A stretch of 64,000 nucleotides of DNA from an uncultured Acidimicrobiaceae bacterium (GTDB lineage: Bacteria; Actinomycetota; Acidimicrobiia; Acidimicrobiales; RAAP-2). The notes below the pieces were generated by a model. That model saw nothing but the letters and a program-made list of their open reading frames with translations. It made no database searches and was not told where the DNA came from. The stretch's first letter is position 1; each line of letters opens with the position of its first letter. Position numbers and translations under genes: made by a program. Location: positions 343,480 to 407,479 of the forward strand of contig CAVZDZ010000005.1 of the NCBI GenBank assembly GCA_963774245.1. The letters are read 5' to 3'. Shown piece after piece: positions 38,514-48,225 of this stretch.

Positions 38514-40027
38514 GTGCCGCGCTACTACATCACCACGCCGATCTACTACGTGAAGGACGCCCCCCACGTGGGCCACGCCTACACGACGGTCAATGCCGAC
38601 GCCCTGGCCCGGTGGCACCGGCTGATCGGCGATGACGTCTTCTTCCTCACCGGCACCGACGAGCACGGCCAGAAGGTGGCCCGGGCCGCCGAGGAGCAGG
38701 GGCTGGCCCCCCTCGAGTGGACCGACCGCCTGGCTCCCCGGTTCGCGGCGGCCTGGACCGATCTCAACGTCTCCAACGACGACTTCATCCGGACCACCGA
38801 GCCCCGGCACCGCGACACCGTCCAGCAGTTCCTCGGTCGGATCAACGACAACGGCTACATCTTCAAGGACACCTACCGGGGCCTGTACTGCGTGCCCTGC
38901 GAGCAGTACTACGCCGAGGACGAGCTGGTGGACGGCGGCCTGTGCCCGATCCACCGCACGCCGGTGGAGCACCTCGAGGAGGAGAACTACTTCTTCCGCC
39001 TGAGCGCCTTCGAGCAGCGGCTCATCGACTGGTACGAGGCCCACCCCGACCGCGGTGACGCCCGAGTCGAAGCGCAACGAGGCGCTCAGCTTCATCAAGG
39101 GCGGCCTGCGGGACATCTCGATCACCCGCACGTCGATCGAGTGGGGCATCCGGGTCCCGTGGGACGAGGAGCACGTCTTCTACGTCTGGTACGACGCCCT
39201 CATCAACTACCTGACCGCCATCGGCTACGGCCGAGGACGAGCAGCGGTTCGAGGAGTGGTGGCCGGCCGTCCACCACCTGATCGGCAAGGAGATCATCCG
39301 CTTCCACTGCGTGTGGTGGCCGGCGATGTGCATGGCCGCCGGCATCGACCCGCCGGCCCACGTCCAGGTGCACGGCTGGCTGCTGCTGGGCGGGGAGAAG
39401 ATGTCCAACTCCAGCGTCAACCAGATCTCCCCGGCCGACCTCATCGCCGAGTACGGGGTGGACCCGGTCCGCTACCACCTCCTGCGGGACATCCCGCTGG
39501 GCAGCGACGGCGAGTTCTCGGCCGAGGGCATCGCCAGCCGCTACAACTCCGACCTGGCCAACAACCTGGGGAACCTCCTGTCCCGGGTGACCACGGTGGT
39601 CGGCTCCAAGTGCGGGGGGATCGGGCCGGCCCCGGCCGCCGACAGCCGGCTGGCCGCGGTGTCCGCCTCCGCTGGTGGAGGAAGTCACCCAGGCCTGGGC
39701 GGCCGGGCTGCCCAATCTGGCCCTGGAGGCCACCTGGCGGCTCATCCGCGAGACCAACGCCGAGCTCGAGACGGCCGAGCCGTGGAAGGCCGACCCCGGG
39801 CCCGAGGTGGACGCGGTCCTCGGGCAGCGCGCTCGAGGTGCTCCGCATCGTGGCCATCCTGGTCGTCCCGGCCATGCCGGCCTCCGCCCAGGAGATCTGG
39901 CGGCGGATCGGGCTGGAGGGCGCGCCGAGCGACCAGCGGCTGCCCGACGCCGGCGCGCTGGGGCGGGTACCCGGCCGGGCGACCGGTGGAGAAGGGCGCT
40001 CCGCTCTTCCCGCGACGCAAGTCGTAG
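38514..40027 (+). CDS. metG: Methionine--tRNA ligase; five +1 frame changes as assembled
   Basis: YYITTPIYYVKDAPHVGHAYTTV ('HIGH' region), FLTGTDEHGQKV, VWYDALINYL, FHCVWWPAMCMAAG, GEKMSNSSVN ('KMSKS' region). Fragments in ORFs 38391, 39055, 39311 and 39675. Confidence 0.9.
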
Positions 40028-40041
40028 CCCGGCGGTTCCGA

Positions 40042-40936
40042 TGCACGACGAGGTGATCGAGTGGTTCGACTCCCACTGCCACCTCCAGGAGGAGTTCGGG
40101 CGCGCGGAGGGCGGGCCGGCCGACCCGCACCGGCGGCCGAACCCCATGCCTCCCGGCTGGCCGGCACCATCGCCCGGGCGTCGGAGGCCGGCGTGACCCG
40201 CATGGTGTGCGTGGGCACGGGAGCGGCGTCGTCGGCCGAGGCGGTCGACCTGGTGCGGGCCCTGCGCCGGCCGGGGTCGGTGGCGCCGGCCGAGGGCGTC
40301 GAGCTGTGGGCCACCGTCGGGCTCCATCCCCACGATGCCATCGACGGGCGTGGACACCCTCGACGACCTGCTGGCCGCCGAGCTCGGCCCCGGCCGGCCC
40401 GACGGCGGGCAGGATCGGCCGGCGCCGGTGGTGGTGGGCATCGGCGAGTGCGGTCTCGACTACCACTACGACCACTCGCCGCGGGACCGGCCAGCGGGAG
40501 GCCTTCGCCCTCCAGGTGGAGTTGGCCCGCCGCCACGGCGTGGCCCTGGTCGTCCACACCCGGGAGGCGTGGGACGACACCTTCGACATCCTGTCGCGCC
40601 GGCGGGGTCCCCGACCGGACGGTCATCCACTGCTTCACCGGGGGGCCGGACGAGGCCCGCCGGTGCCTCGACCTCGGGGCCACGCTGTCCTTCAGCGGGG
40701 TGGTGACCTTCAAGAACGCCGCCGAGGTGCGGGAGGCCGCCCAGCTCTGCCCGTGGGACCGGATGCTGGTGGAGACGGACGCTCCGTTCCTGACCCCGGT
40801 GCCCCATCGCGGAACCCTCAACGAACCATCGAGGGTTCCCCTGGTCGGGGCGGCGATCGCCCTGGTCAAAGGGGTTGAGACTTTGCAGGTCGCCGAGCAC
40901 TGCACCCGCAACACCCGGGCCGTCTTCGGGGTCTGA
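40042..40936 (+). CDS. tatD: TatD-family metal-dependent DNase/hydrolase; frame changes as assembled
   Basis: WFDSHCHLQEEF, GIGECGLDYHYD, LVVHTREAWDDTF, VIHCFTGG, LVETDAPFLTPVPHRGTLNEPS. Confidence 0.85.
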
Positions 40937-41137
40937 CCGCCGGGTCCCGGCCGGTGCCTCCCGGCCCCGGCCGACCCTGGCCTCCCCCGACCCGGTCGTC
41001 CGGGTTTGATTCTTCCGGGCCCCGCTGCCTAGCCTCTCGGTGTCGGCCGCTCTCCAAGCGGTCGTTTTGCTTTTTGAGGATTTGAGGAACAGTTACTGCA
41101 GCTGTGGTTCGGAGTGCGGCAGTCGGACGCACACCTC

Positions 41138-41239
41138 GGGGCCGACTTGGAGGAGTCGACCCCACCCACCCCGCCTGGGGGTGGAGGCACGCTCGAGGGA
41201 CCCGTCCCGACGGCGTGGTCCCTGTCGTCCCACAAGGAG
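41138..41239 (+). promoter_or_regulatory. Structured 5' leader: three consecutive stem-loops ending in an AAGGAG Shine-Dalgarno; candidate riboswitch/attenuator
   Basis: Hairpins GGGCCGAC-n8-GTCGACCC (41139..41163, one mismatch), CCACCCC-gcctg-GGGGTGG (41166..41184, perfect) and GGGACC-n14-GGTCCC (41197..41222). AAGGAG lies at 41234..41239. No RNA family was confirmed. Confidence 0.3.
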
Positions 41240-41248
41240 CGTGGAGTC

Positions 41249-41876
41249 CTGAGCACCAAGATTCGGAAGGGGAGCCGACCCGGCGCCGCCCTGTTGTTGT
41301 GCGCCGCCCTGTTGGCGGTGCCGCTGCTGCTCATCCAGAACGAGCCGGACGCCTCGGCCTCACCGCACTCGGGAGGCCACGCCGGCCCGGCCCGGCGCAC
41401 CGGGCGCGGCGGCAGGTCGGTTGGATGCTGGCCTCGGACACGACCCACCGGCCGGCGGCCGGACGATCGGCGCCGACGACGTCCACCACCCGCGCCGACC
41501 ACGGCACCGACCACCGTGCCCCCGGCTCCTCCCGACCACGACCACCACCGCCCCACCGGTGGCGGTCCCGGTCACCACCGAGCCACCGGCTCCCCCGACC
41601 ACCACGACCACTGCCGTCCCCACCGCGGCGCTGCTCGGGACCGAGCAGACCGGACAGGTCACCTACTACGCCCATCCGGCCGGCACCTGCGCCAGCCCGT
41701 GGCTCGCCTTCGGCACCGTGGTCCGGATCACCAACCCGGCCAACGACGAGTCGGTGACCTGCGTGGTCAACGACCGCGAGGCCGACACCGAACGGTCGAT
41801 CGATCTGGCCACGGCCACGTTCGCCGAGATCGCCCCCCTGTCCCAGGGGGTCATCGACGCCGAGTTGAGCTGGTAG
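41249..41876 (+). CDS. Secreted/anchored RlpA-like double-psi beta-barrel (DPBB) protein with a Pro/Thr-rich linker; at least one frame change (~41400-41440) as assembled
   Basis: N-terminus (L/M)STKIRKGSRPGAALLLCAALLAVPLLL is signal-peptide-like. It starts 9 nt after AAGGAG at a CTG; the track ORF starts at ATG 41114. Linker TTTTAPPVAVPVTTEPPAPPTTTTT. DPBB core GQVTYYAHPAGTCASPWLAFGTVVRITNPANDESVTCVVNDREADTERSIDLATATFAEIA (ORF 41421..41876). Confidence 0.65.
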
Positions 41877-41948
41877 GACGGCTGCGGCCCGGTTGCGGGG
41901 TCGACCCGGGTCGGACGGCACCGGCGCCGGACATGGGACACTGACCCG

Positions 41949-42849
41949 GTGACCCAGGGGCGAGCCGAGATCCGGGAGTTGCTGGAGGCCAACGATCTGC
42001 GGCCGAGCCGGGCCCTGGGCCAGAACTTCGTGGCCGACGGCAACACGGTGCGCCGCATCGTGCGCCTGGCCGGGGTCGAGGACGGCCAGTCGGTGGTCGA
42101 GATCGGCGCCGGGCTCGGGTCCCTGACCCTGGCCCTGGTGGAGGCGGGCGCCTCGGTGACCGCGGTGGAGATCGACCGCCACGTACTGCCGGTGCTGCGG
42201 GCCCAGGTCGAGGGACTGGGCGTACGGGTGGTGGAGGCCGACGCCCTCGACTCTCGACTGGTCGGCGCTGCTCGGGACGGGCGGTGAGCGGTGGACCCTG
42301 GTGGCCAATCTGCCCTACAACGTGGCCGTGCCGCTGGTCATCCGGGTGCTGGAGGAGGCCCCCCAGGTGGACTCGCTGCTGGTGATGGTCCAGCGTGAGG
42401 TGGGGGAGCGACTGGCGGCGGCGGCCGGGGACGAGGCCTACGGAGCGGTGTCGGTCAAGGTCGCCTACTGGGCCACCGCGGCGGTGGTCGGGCGGGTGCC
42501 GGCCTCGGTGTTCATCCCGAAGCCCCGGGTGGAGTCGGTGCTGGTGCGGATCGAGCGCCGGCCGGGGGTGGGCCCGGGTGGCGGGAGCGCCGACCTCCGG
42601 GGGCCGGGGGAGGCCAGCTACGAGCGACTCTTCACCGTGGTCCGGGCCGGGTTCGCCCAACGACGCAAGATGCTGCGGCGCTCGCTCGAGGCGGTGGTGC
42701 GACCCGGGGCGTTCGCCGCCGCCGGCGTCCTGCCCACGGCCCGGGCCGAGGAGCTGGGACTCGACGAGTGGGAGCGGTTGGCCCGGTGGCAGCCCGATCC
42801 GGCCGAACCGGGCTCCGCGCCCGGCGATGACTCGGGAGGCGGCCGGTGA
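41949..42849 (+). CDS. rsmA: 16S rRNA (adenine1518/1519-N6)-dimethyltransferase; one +1 frame change (~42250) as assembled
   Basis: [57 protein letters not shown]. ORFs 41949..42287 and 42301..42849. Confidence 0.9.
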
Positions 42850-43695
42850 CCGGGCCGCCCGACGCCGGCCCGCCGATGGCCGAGCTGTCCGCCCCGGCCA
42901 AGCTGACCCTCAGCCTGTCGGTCACCGGGGTCCGTGCCGGACGGCTACCACCTGCTCGAGTCGGAGATGGTCACCCTCGACCTGGCCGACACGCTCACGG
43001 TGTCGGCGGGCGACCGGCTGACGGTCGTCTCCGACCTGCCCGGTGGCGGTGCAGTCGATCCCTCCCGGACCGGACAATCTGGTGTCCCGGGCCCTGACGG
43101 CCGTCGGCCGCACCGCGTCGGTGCGACTCACCAAGCGCATCCCCCCCGGAGTCGGGCCTGGGCGGGGGCTCGGCCGACGCCGCCGCCATCCTGCGCTGGG
43201 CCGGCCGTACCGATCCCGCCCTGGCCGCGGGGCTCGGCGCCGACGTCCCGTTCTGCGTGCGTGGGGGCCGGGCCATGGTCCGGGGCATCGGCGAGGCGGT
43301 GGAGGAACTGCCGTTCGAGCCCCGCCGCTTCGTGCTGGCGCTGCTGCCCTTCGGCGTGGACACCGCCGCCGTCTACCGGGCGTGGGACCGACTCGCCGGC
43401 GACGGAGCGGCGGGCCCGTCCGCCCGGCGGCCGGGCGGCAACGACCTGGAGCCGGCGGCGCTCGTGGTGGAGCCCCGGCTGGGCCCGTGGTGCCGACGGT
43501 TGCACGAGGTCACCGGGGTGCGGCCGCAGTTGGCCGGCAGCGGATCGACCTGGTTCGTGGCGGGGGCGCCGGAGGAGCTGGGGCTCGCCGGGCGGAGCAC
43601 CCTCCGGCTGGGCGATGCGTCGGCCGTGCTGGTCCCGGTGCGCACCACGCCCGCGCTCGAGCCGGTCAGAGGTGACAGGTGGGGAAGTGCAGTAG
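42846..43695 (+). CDS. ispE: 4-diphosphocytidyl-2-C-methyl-D-erythritol kinase; about four +1 frame changes as assembled; 3' end uncertain
   Basis: GTG 42846 overlaps the rsmA stop (GTGA). APAKLTLSLSVTGVRADGYHLLESEMVTLDLAD, PDNLVSRAL, GLGGGSADAAAILRW, GADVPFCVRGG, QLAGSGSTWF. Confidence 0.85.
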
Positions 43696-43712
43696 GCCGG
43701 AAGTGGCCGGGA

Positions 43713-43814
43713 CTACTTGCCGGCGGCCCGCCGTTGGAATCGGGTTGCTTTCAGCATCTTCTTGTGCTTCTTCTTGCGCATGCGCTTGCGGCGCTTCTTG
43801 ATCAGGGATCCCAT
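43713..43814 (-). CDS. 30S ribosomal protein bS22 (actinobacterial), 33 aa
   Basis: Below the ORF-track cut-off. Hand translation from ATG 43814: [33 protein letters not shown]. This is near-identical in pattern to mycobacterial bS22 ([33 protein letters not shown], from memory). Confidence 0.85.
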   Translation of the reverse strand: [33 protein letters not shown]

Positions 43815-43898
43815 GTCGCCCGGCACCCTAGCCGACCTGCGGATTTTGTGCCATGCGGGCGGACCGCCGCCCGGTGGCGACGGCCTCCCGGGGCCGGT

Positions 43899-45301
43899 TC
43901 AATCGGAGATCGGGGCGTCGGCGGGAGGGTCGACCACGGGGAGGCTGAACCGGAACAGCGCGCCACCCCCTTCGGCCTGGTAGACGTTGACGCTGCCGCC
44001 CTCGTCGCGGGCCACCTGGGCCACGATGGCCAGTCCCAGTCCCGAGCCGGGCCGGCTGCGGGCGCTCGGCGGCCCGGTAGAAGCGGTCGAAGATGAAGTC
44101 GACGTCACTGGCGTCGACCCCCGGCCCGTGGTCGCGGACGAACAGGGTGCCCTCGGCGCAGGCCACCTCCACCACCCCCCGGTCCGGGCTCCATTTGAGG
44201 GCGTTGTCGAGCAGGTTGTCCACGGCCCGGCCGATGCGGGCGGTGGAGCCGGACACCCAGGTGGGTGCCACCCGGGCTTCGAAGGTGACGCCCCGACTGC
44301 GACCGTGGGTGGTGGCCACCTCCACCGCCTCGAGGACCACGGTGTCGAGCCGGATCGGCTCGCGGGTCAGCTGGGGCTGTTGACCCCGGGCCAGCTCGGC
44401 CAGGTCGGCCACCAGCGAGGTGAGCTCGTCCAACTGGGTGAGGACGTCGCCGATCAGCACCTGCCGCTCCTCGGGGTCCAGCTCCTCGAGCCGACGGGCG
44501 ACCTCCATGTTGGTCCGCAGGCTGGTCAACGGCGTGCGCAGCTCGTGCGAGGCGTCCAGCACCAGCTGGCGCTGGCTCTCCTCGGAGGTGTGCGAGGGCC
44601 TCGAGCAGGCGGTTGAAGGCGCGGCGCAGGCGGCCGAGCTCGTCGGGGCCGCCCGGGTCGAGCCGTTTGGACACGTCGGTGGTCTGGGCCAGCTCCTCGA
44701 CGGTGCGGGTGAGACTGTTGAGCGGGCGCAGCACGGTCCGGCCCACCCCGACGCCGAGCAGCACGGCGAGGGTGACGCCGACCAGCACGATGAGCCACAG
44801 GGCCTCGGCCAGGTGGCGGAGCTCGGTGTTGACCCCGCCGAGGGGAGCGGTGATCTGCAGGGCACCACCCTGGGCCGGGATCTCCCAGGTCCCGTTGTTC
44901 CCCTGGTAGATGAGGCCGGGGGGCAGGGCGATCACCAGCTCCCGCACGTGCATCCCGTTGGCCAGGGTCGAGAAGTAGACCTGCGGGGCCTCGCCCCGGC
45001 TGGAGGACGCCACCTTGGCCGGCGCCGAAACCGGCAGCCGCTGCGGGTCGTTGGGGTTGGTGACGCCACCGGCGTAGACCACCTGGTAGCACGTGCCCGC
45101 GGTCGGACAGTTGTTGGCCAGGGTGGGAACCTCCTGGGCGTTGACCTCGTCGGCCACCGTCTGCGCCGCGCCGTGCAGGGTGACGTCGACCGATCCCACC
45201 AGCGAGTTGGAGGCCACGATGTAGGTGACCAACGCGCCCAGCACCACCACCACCAGCACCGCGGCGGTGGCGGCCATCACCAGCCGGGTCCGGAAGGTCA
45301 T
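43899..45301 (-). CDS. Two-component sensor histidine kinase (HAMP + HisKA + HATPase_c); two +1 frame changes as assembled
   Basis: TM1 AATAAVLVVVVLGALVTYIV, periplasmic loop, TM2 LWLIVLVGVTLAVLLGV, HAMP RPLNSLTRTVEELA. H-box ASHELRTPLTSL. N/G boxes LLDNALKWSP, RDHGPGV, GSGLGLAIV. Confidence 0.85.
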
Positions 45302-45304
45302 GGA

Positions 45305-45976
45305 CTACCCCTCGCGCAGGACGTAGCCGACCCCTCGCGCCGTGTGGATCAGACGCGGCTCGCCGTTGGCCTCGGTCTTGCGCCGGAGGTAGCCGACGTA
45401 GACGGCGAGCGAGTTGGTGCCCGAGTCGAAGGTGTACCCCCACACCCGGTCGAGGATGAGCTCGCGGGTCATCACCTGGCGCGGATGGCGCAGCAGCAAC
45501 TCGAGCAGGTCGAACTCGATGCGGGTCAGGGTGAACTGCCGGTCGCCCCGGTGGACCTCGCGGGTGGTGGGGTCGAGGGTGAGGTCGGAGAAGCGGAGGA
45601 CTTCGCCGGCGTCCTCGGGCCGTCGTCGGAGCAGGGCCCGCAGCCGGGCCAGCAGCTCGGCCAGGGCGAAGGGCTTCACCAGGTAGTCGTCGGCCCCGGC
45701 GTCGAGGCCCTGGACCCGGTCGTTGATGGCGTCCCGGGCGGTGAGCATGAGCACCGGCGTGTCGTCACCGGCCGCCCGGAGCCGACGGCACACGTCGAGC
45801 CCGTCGATGGTGGGGAGGCCGATGTCGAGGATCACCGCATCGGGGGGACGGATGGCGATCTCCTCGAGGGCCTGGGGCCCGTCGGCGGCCAGGGTGACCT
45901 CGTACCCCTCCAGCCGGAGGGCGCGGTTGAGCGCACCACTGACCGCCGGATCGTCATCGACAACGAGTATCCGCAT
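45305..45976 (-). CDS. OmpR-family response regulator
   Basis: Intact 223-aa [51 protein letters not shown], plus a winged-helix C-terminus [31 protein letters not shown]. Confidence 0.9.
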   Translation of the reverse strand: MRILVVDDDPAVSGALNRALRLEGYEVTLAADGPQALEEIAIRPPDAVILDIGLPTIDGLDVCRRLRAAGDDTPVLMLTARDAINDRVQGLDAGADDYLVKPFALAELLARLRALLRRRPEDAGEVLRFSDLTLDPTTREVHRGDRQFTLTRIEFDLLELLLRHPRQVMTRELILDRVWGYTFDSGTNSLAVYVGYLRRKTEANGEPRLIHTARGVGYVLREG

Positions 45977-46137
45977 CGGGCCGGGAGCCTATCGGGGCCG
46001 TGCCGGACGGCCGCGGCGGGGCTCCTGCACCGGATCGGTCGCCGGGTCGGCGCCCCTCGGCGCCGGTCGCTTCGGCCCGGGCCCGGGTGGGGGCGGGAGT
46101 AGCCTGGGCCCGTCGTCGTGCGCGGTCCGGCGACCGG

Positions 46138-46210
46138 TCCGAGGTAGTTCAATTGGCAGAACGCTGGCCTTTGGAGCCAGATGTTGGAGGTTCGAGCCCT
46201 CCCCTCGGAG
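46138..46210 (+). tRNA. tRNA-Gln (anticodon UUG), no encoded CCA
   Basis: Manual cloverleaf. Acceptor TCCGAGG/CCTCGGA, D arm GTTC-AATTGGCA-GAAC, anticodon arm CTGGC-CTTTGGA-GCCAG, variable ATGTT, T arm GGAGG-TTCGAGC-CCTCC, discriminator G. U1:A72 and G73 fit bacterial tRNA-Gln identity. Confidence 0.85.
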
Positions 46211-46338
46211 CCCGCGGTCTTCACGTTCGGCGGGGCCTGGTGCTCGGATGCCACCGCCAGGTCGTTGGCGATCGCCTACTCCAACGAACACGCGATCGGG
46301 AGTCGAGGCGAGCCCGAATGCCGCGATCTGCAGGTGAA

Positions 46339-48182
46339 TCAGGCGTGGGCCTTCCGGCTCCGGCTCCGCTGCCGTCCCCGGATGGCGGCGTCGAGGATGA
46401 CCTTGCGCAGCCGGACCGCCTTCGGGGTCACCTCGACGCACTCGTCGTCGGCGATGAACTCGAGGGCCTGCTCCAGCGAGAGCAGCAGACGGCGGGGTGA
46501 GGCGGATGGCCTCGTCGGCCGTCGCCGACCGCACGTTGGTCAGCTTCTTCTCCTTGGTCGGGTTGACGTCCATCTCCTCGTCCCGGGCGTTCTCGCCCGA
46601 TGACCATGCCCTCGTAGACCTCGGTGGCCGGGCCGACCAGCAGGATGCCCCGCTCCTGGAGGCTCATCAGGGCGTAGGCGGTGGTGATGCCCCGCCGGTC
46701 GGCCACCATGGAGCCGTTGCGCTTGGTCTTGAGCTCGCCGTGCCACGGCTCCCAGCCGTCGAAGACGTGGTGGAGCATGCCGGTGCCCCGGGTCTCGGTC
46801 ATGAACTCGGTGCGGAAGCCGACCAGGCCGCGGGCCGGCACCCGGTAGTCCATGCGCACCCAGCCGGTGCCGTGGTTGACCATCTCGATCAGGCGACCCC
46901 TTGCGCAGGGCCAGCAGCTGGGTGACCACGCCCAGGTAGTCGTCGGGGACGTCGATGGCCACCCGCTCCATGGGCTCGTGGATCTTGCCGTCGATCTCGC
47001 GGGTGACCACCTGGGGCTTGCCCACGGTCAGCTCGAACCCCTCGCGGCGCATGGTCTCGACCAGCACGGCCAGCTGCAGCTCGCCCCGGCCCTGGACCTC
47101 CCAGGTGTCGGGTCGCTCGGTGGTGCCGACCCGCAGCGAGACGTTGCCCACCAGCTCGGTGTCGAGCCGGCTGAGGATCAGGCGGGCGGTCAGCTTGGTG
47201 CCGTCGGTGCCGGCCAGCGGCGAGGTGTTGATGCCGATGGTCATGGACAGGCTGGGCTCGTCGACGGTGATGACCGGCAGCGGCCGGGGATCGTCGGGGT
47301 CGGCCAGGGTCTCGCCGATGGTGATCTCGGCCATGCCGGCCACGGCGACGATCTCGCCCGGGCCCGGCCTCGGCGGCGTCGACCCGGTCGAGGGCGTCGG
47401 TGACGTACAGCTCGGTGATCTTGGTCCGCTCGATCGTGCCGTCGAGCTGGCACCAGGCCACCGTTCGATCCCTTGCGCAGGGTGCCGTTGTGGACCCGGC
47501 AGATGGCCAGTCGACCGAGGTAGGGAGAGGCGTCGAGGTTGGACACGAGGGCCTGCAGCGGGGCCGTCGGGGTCGTAGATGGGGGCGGGGATGCGGTCGA
47601 GGATGGCCTCGAAGAGGGGCTCGAGGTCGGTGCCCACCACGCCCTGCTCGGTGGCCGCCCAGCCGGCCCGGGCGTTGGCGAAGAGGATGGGGAAGTCGAT
47701 CTGGTGCTCGTCGGCGTCGAGGTCGAGGAAGAGCTCCTCGACCTCGTGGACCACCTCGTCGATGCGGGCGTCGGGCCGGTCGACCTTGTTGACCACCAGC
47801 ACCACCGGCAGGCGGGCCTGCGAGGGCCTTGCGCAGCACGAACCGGGTCTGGGGCAGCGGGCCCTCGGAGGCGTCGACCAGCAGCAGCACCCCGTCGACC
47901 ATGGTCAGGCCCCGCTCGACCTCGCCGCCGAAGTCGGCGTGGCCGGGGGTGTCGATGATGTTGATCTTGACCCCGTTGTGCAGCACGGCGGTGTTCTTGG
48001 CCAGGATGGTGATGCCCTTCTCCCGCTCGAGGTCGCCCGAGTCGATGACCCGCTCGTTGACCGCCTCGTTGGCCCGGAAGGCCCCTGACTGCCAGAGCAT
48101 GGCGTCGACCAGGGTGGTCTTGCCGTGGTCGACGTGGGCCACGATGGCCACGTTGCGGATGTCGTCGCGTGCAGGAGGGCAT
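46339..48182 (-). CDS. typA: Translational GTPase TypA/BipA; eight +1 frame changes as assembled
   Basis: [50 protein letters not shown], ..[13 protein letters not shown].., ..[22 protein letters not shown].., [16 protein letters not shown], ..[25 protein letters not shown]. Fragments in ORFs 47241, 46889, 46540, 46428 and 45989. Confidence 0.9.
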
Positions 48183-48225
48183 GGGGACTACAGGCTACCT
48201 GCCGACCCGCCCTAAGCAGTCACGG

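Noticed and set aside
41114-41248. N-terminal 45 codons of track ORF 41114..41944 (MRQSDAHLGADLEESTPP..) as coding sequence.
   Set aside because: The region folds into three G/C-rich hairpins and ends in AAGGAG, just before a canonical signal peptide. I treat it as a 5' leader. Because the only in-frame start after the SD is a CTG, the ATG 41114 start cannot be fully excluded.
41440-41640. Pro/Thr-rich repetitive stretch (ACC/CCG-rich DNA) as a possible tandem repeat or contingency locus.
   Set aside because: It translates to a typical PT linker (TTTTAPPVAVPVTTEPPAPPTTTTT) between the signal peptide and the DPBB domain. The periodicity is imperfect, and there is no evidence of a phase-variable tract.
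45989-46603. ORFs 45989..46573 (-), 46000..46500 (+) and 46181..46603 (+) around the tRNA.
   Set aside because: They overlap a clean tRNA-Gln cloverleaf and the 3' end of typA. Only the [28 protein letters not shown] part of 45989..46573 is real, and it belongs to typA.
24270-48182. Massive pseudogenisation or genome decay (reductive evolution) as the explanation for the broken housekeeping genes.
   Set aside because: Essential single-copy genes (metG, prs, glmU, ispE, rsmA, typA) carry up to 8-10 interruptions yet show no stop-codon accumulation, no deletions and perfectly conserved motifs in the shifted frames. The shifts are almost uniformly +1. That pattern fits assembly error, not decay.
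46339-48182. Programmed ribosomal frameshifting in typA and other genes.
   Set aside because: There are far too many events per gene. I saw no shared slippery heptamer or downstream structure at the sites inspected. These genes are not known to use recoding.
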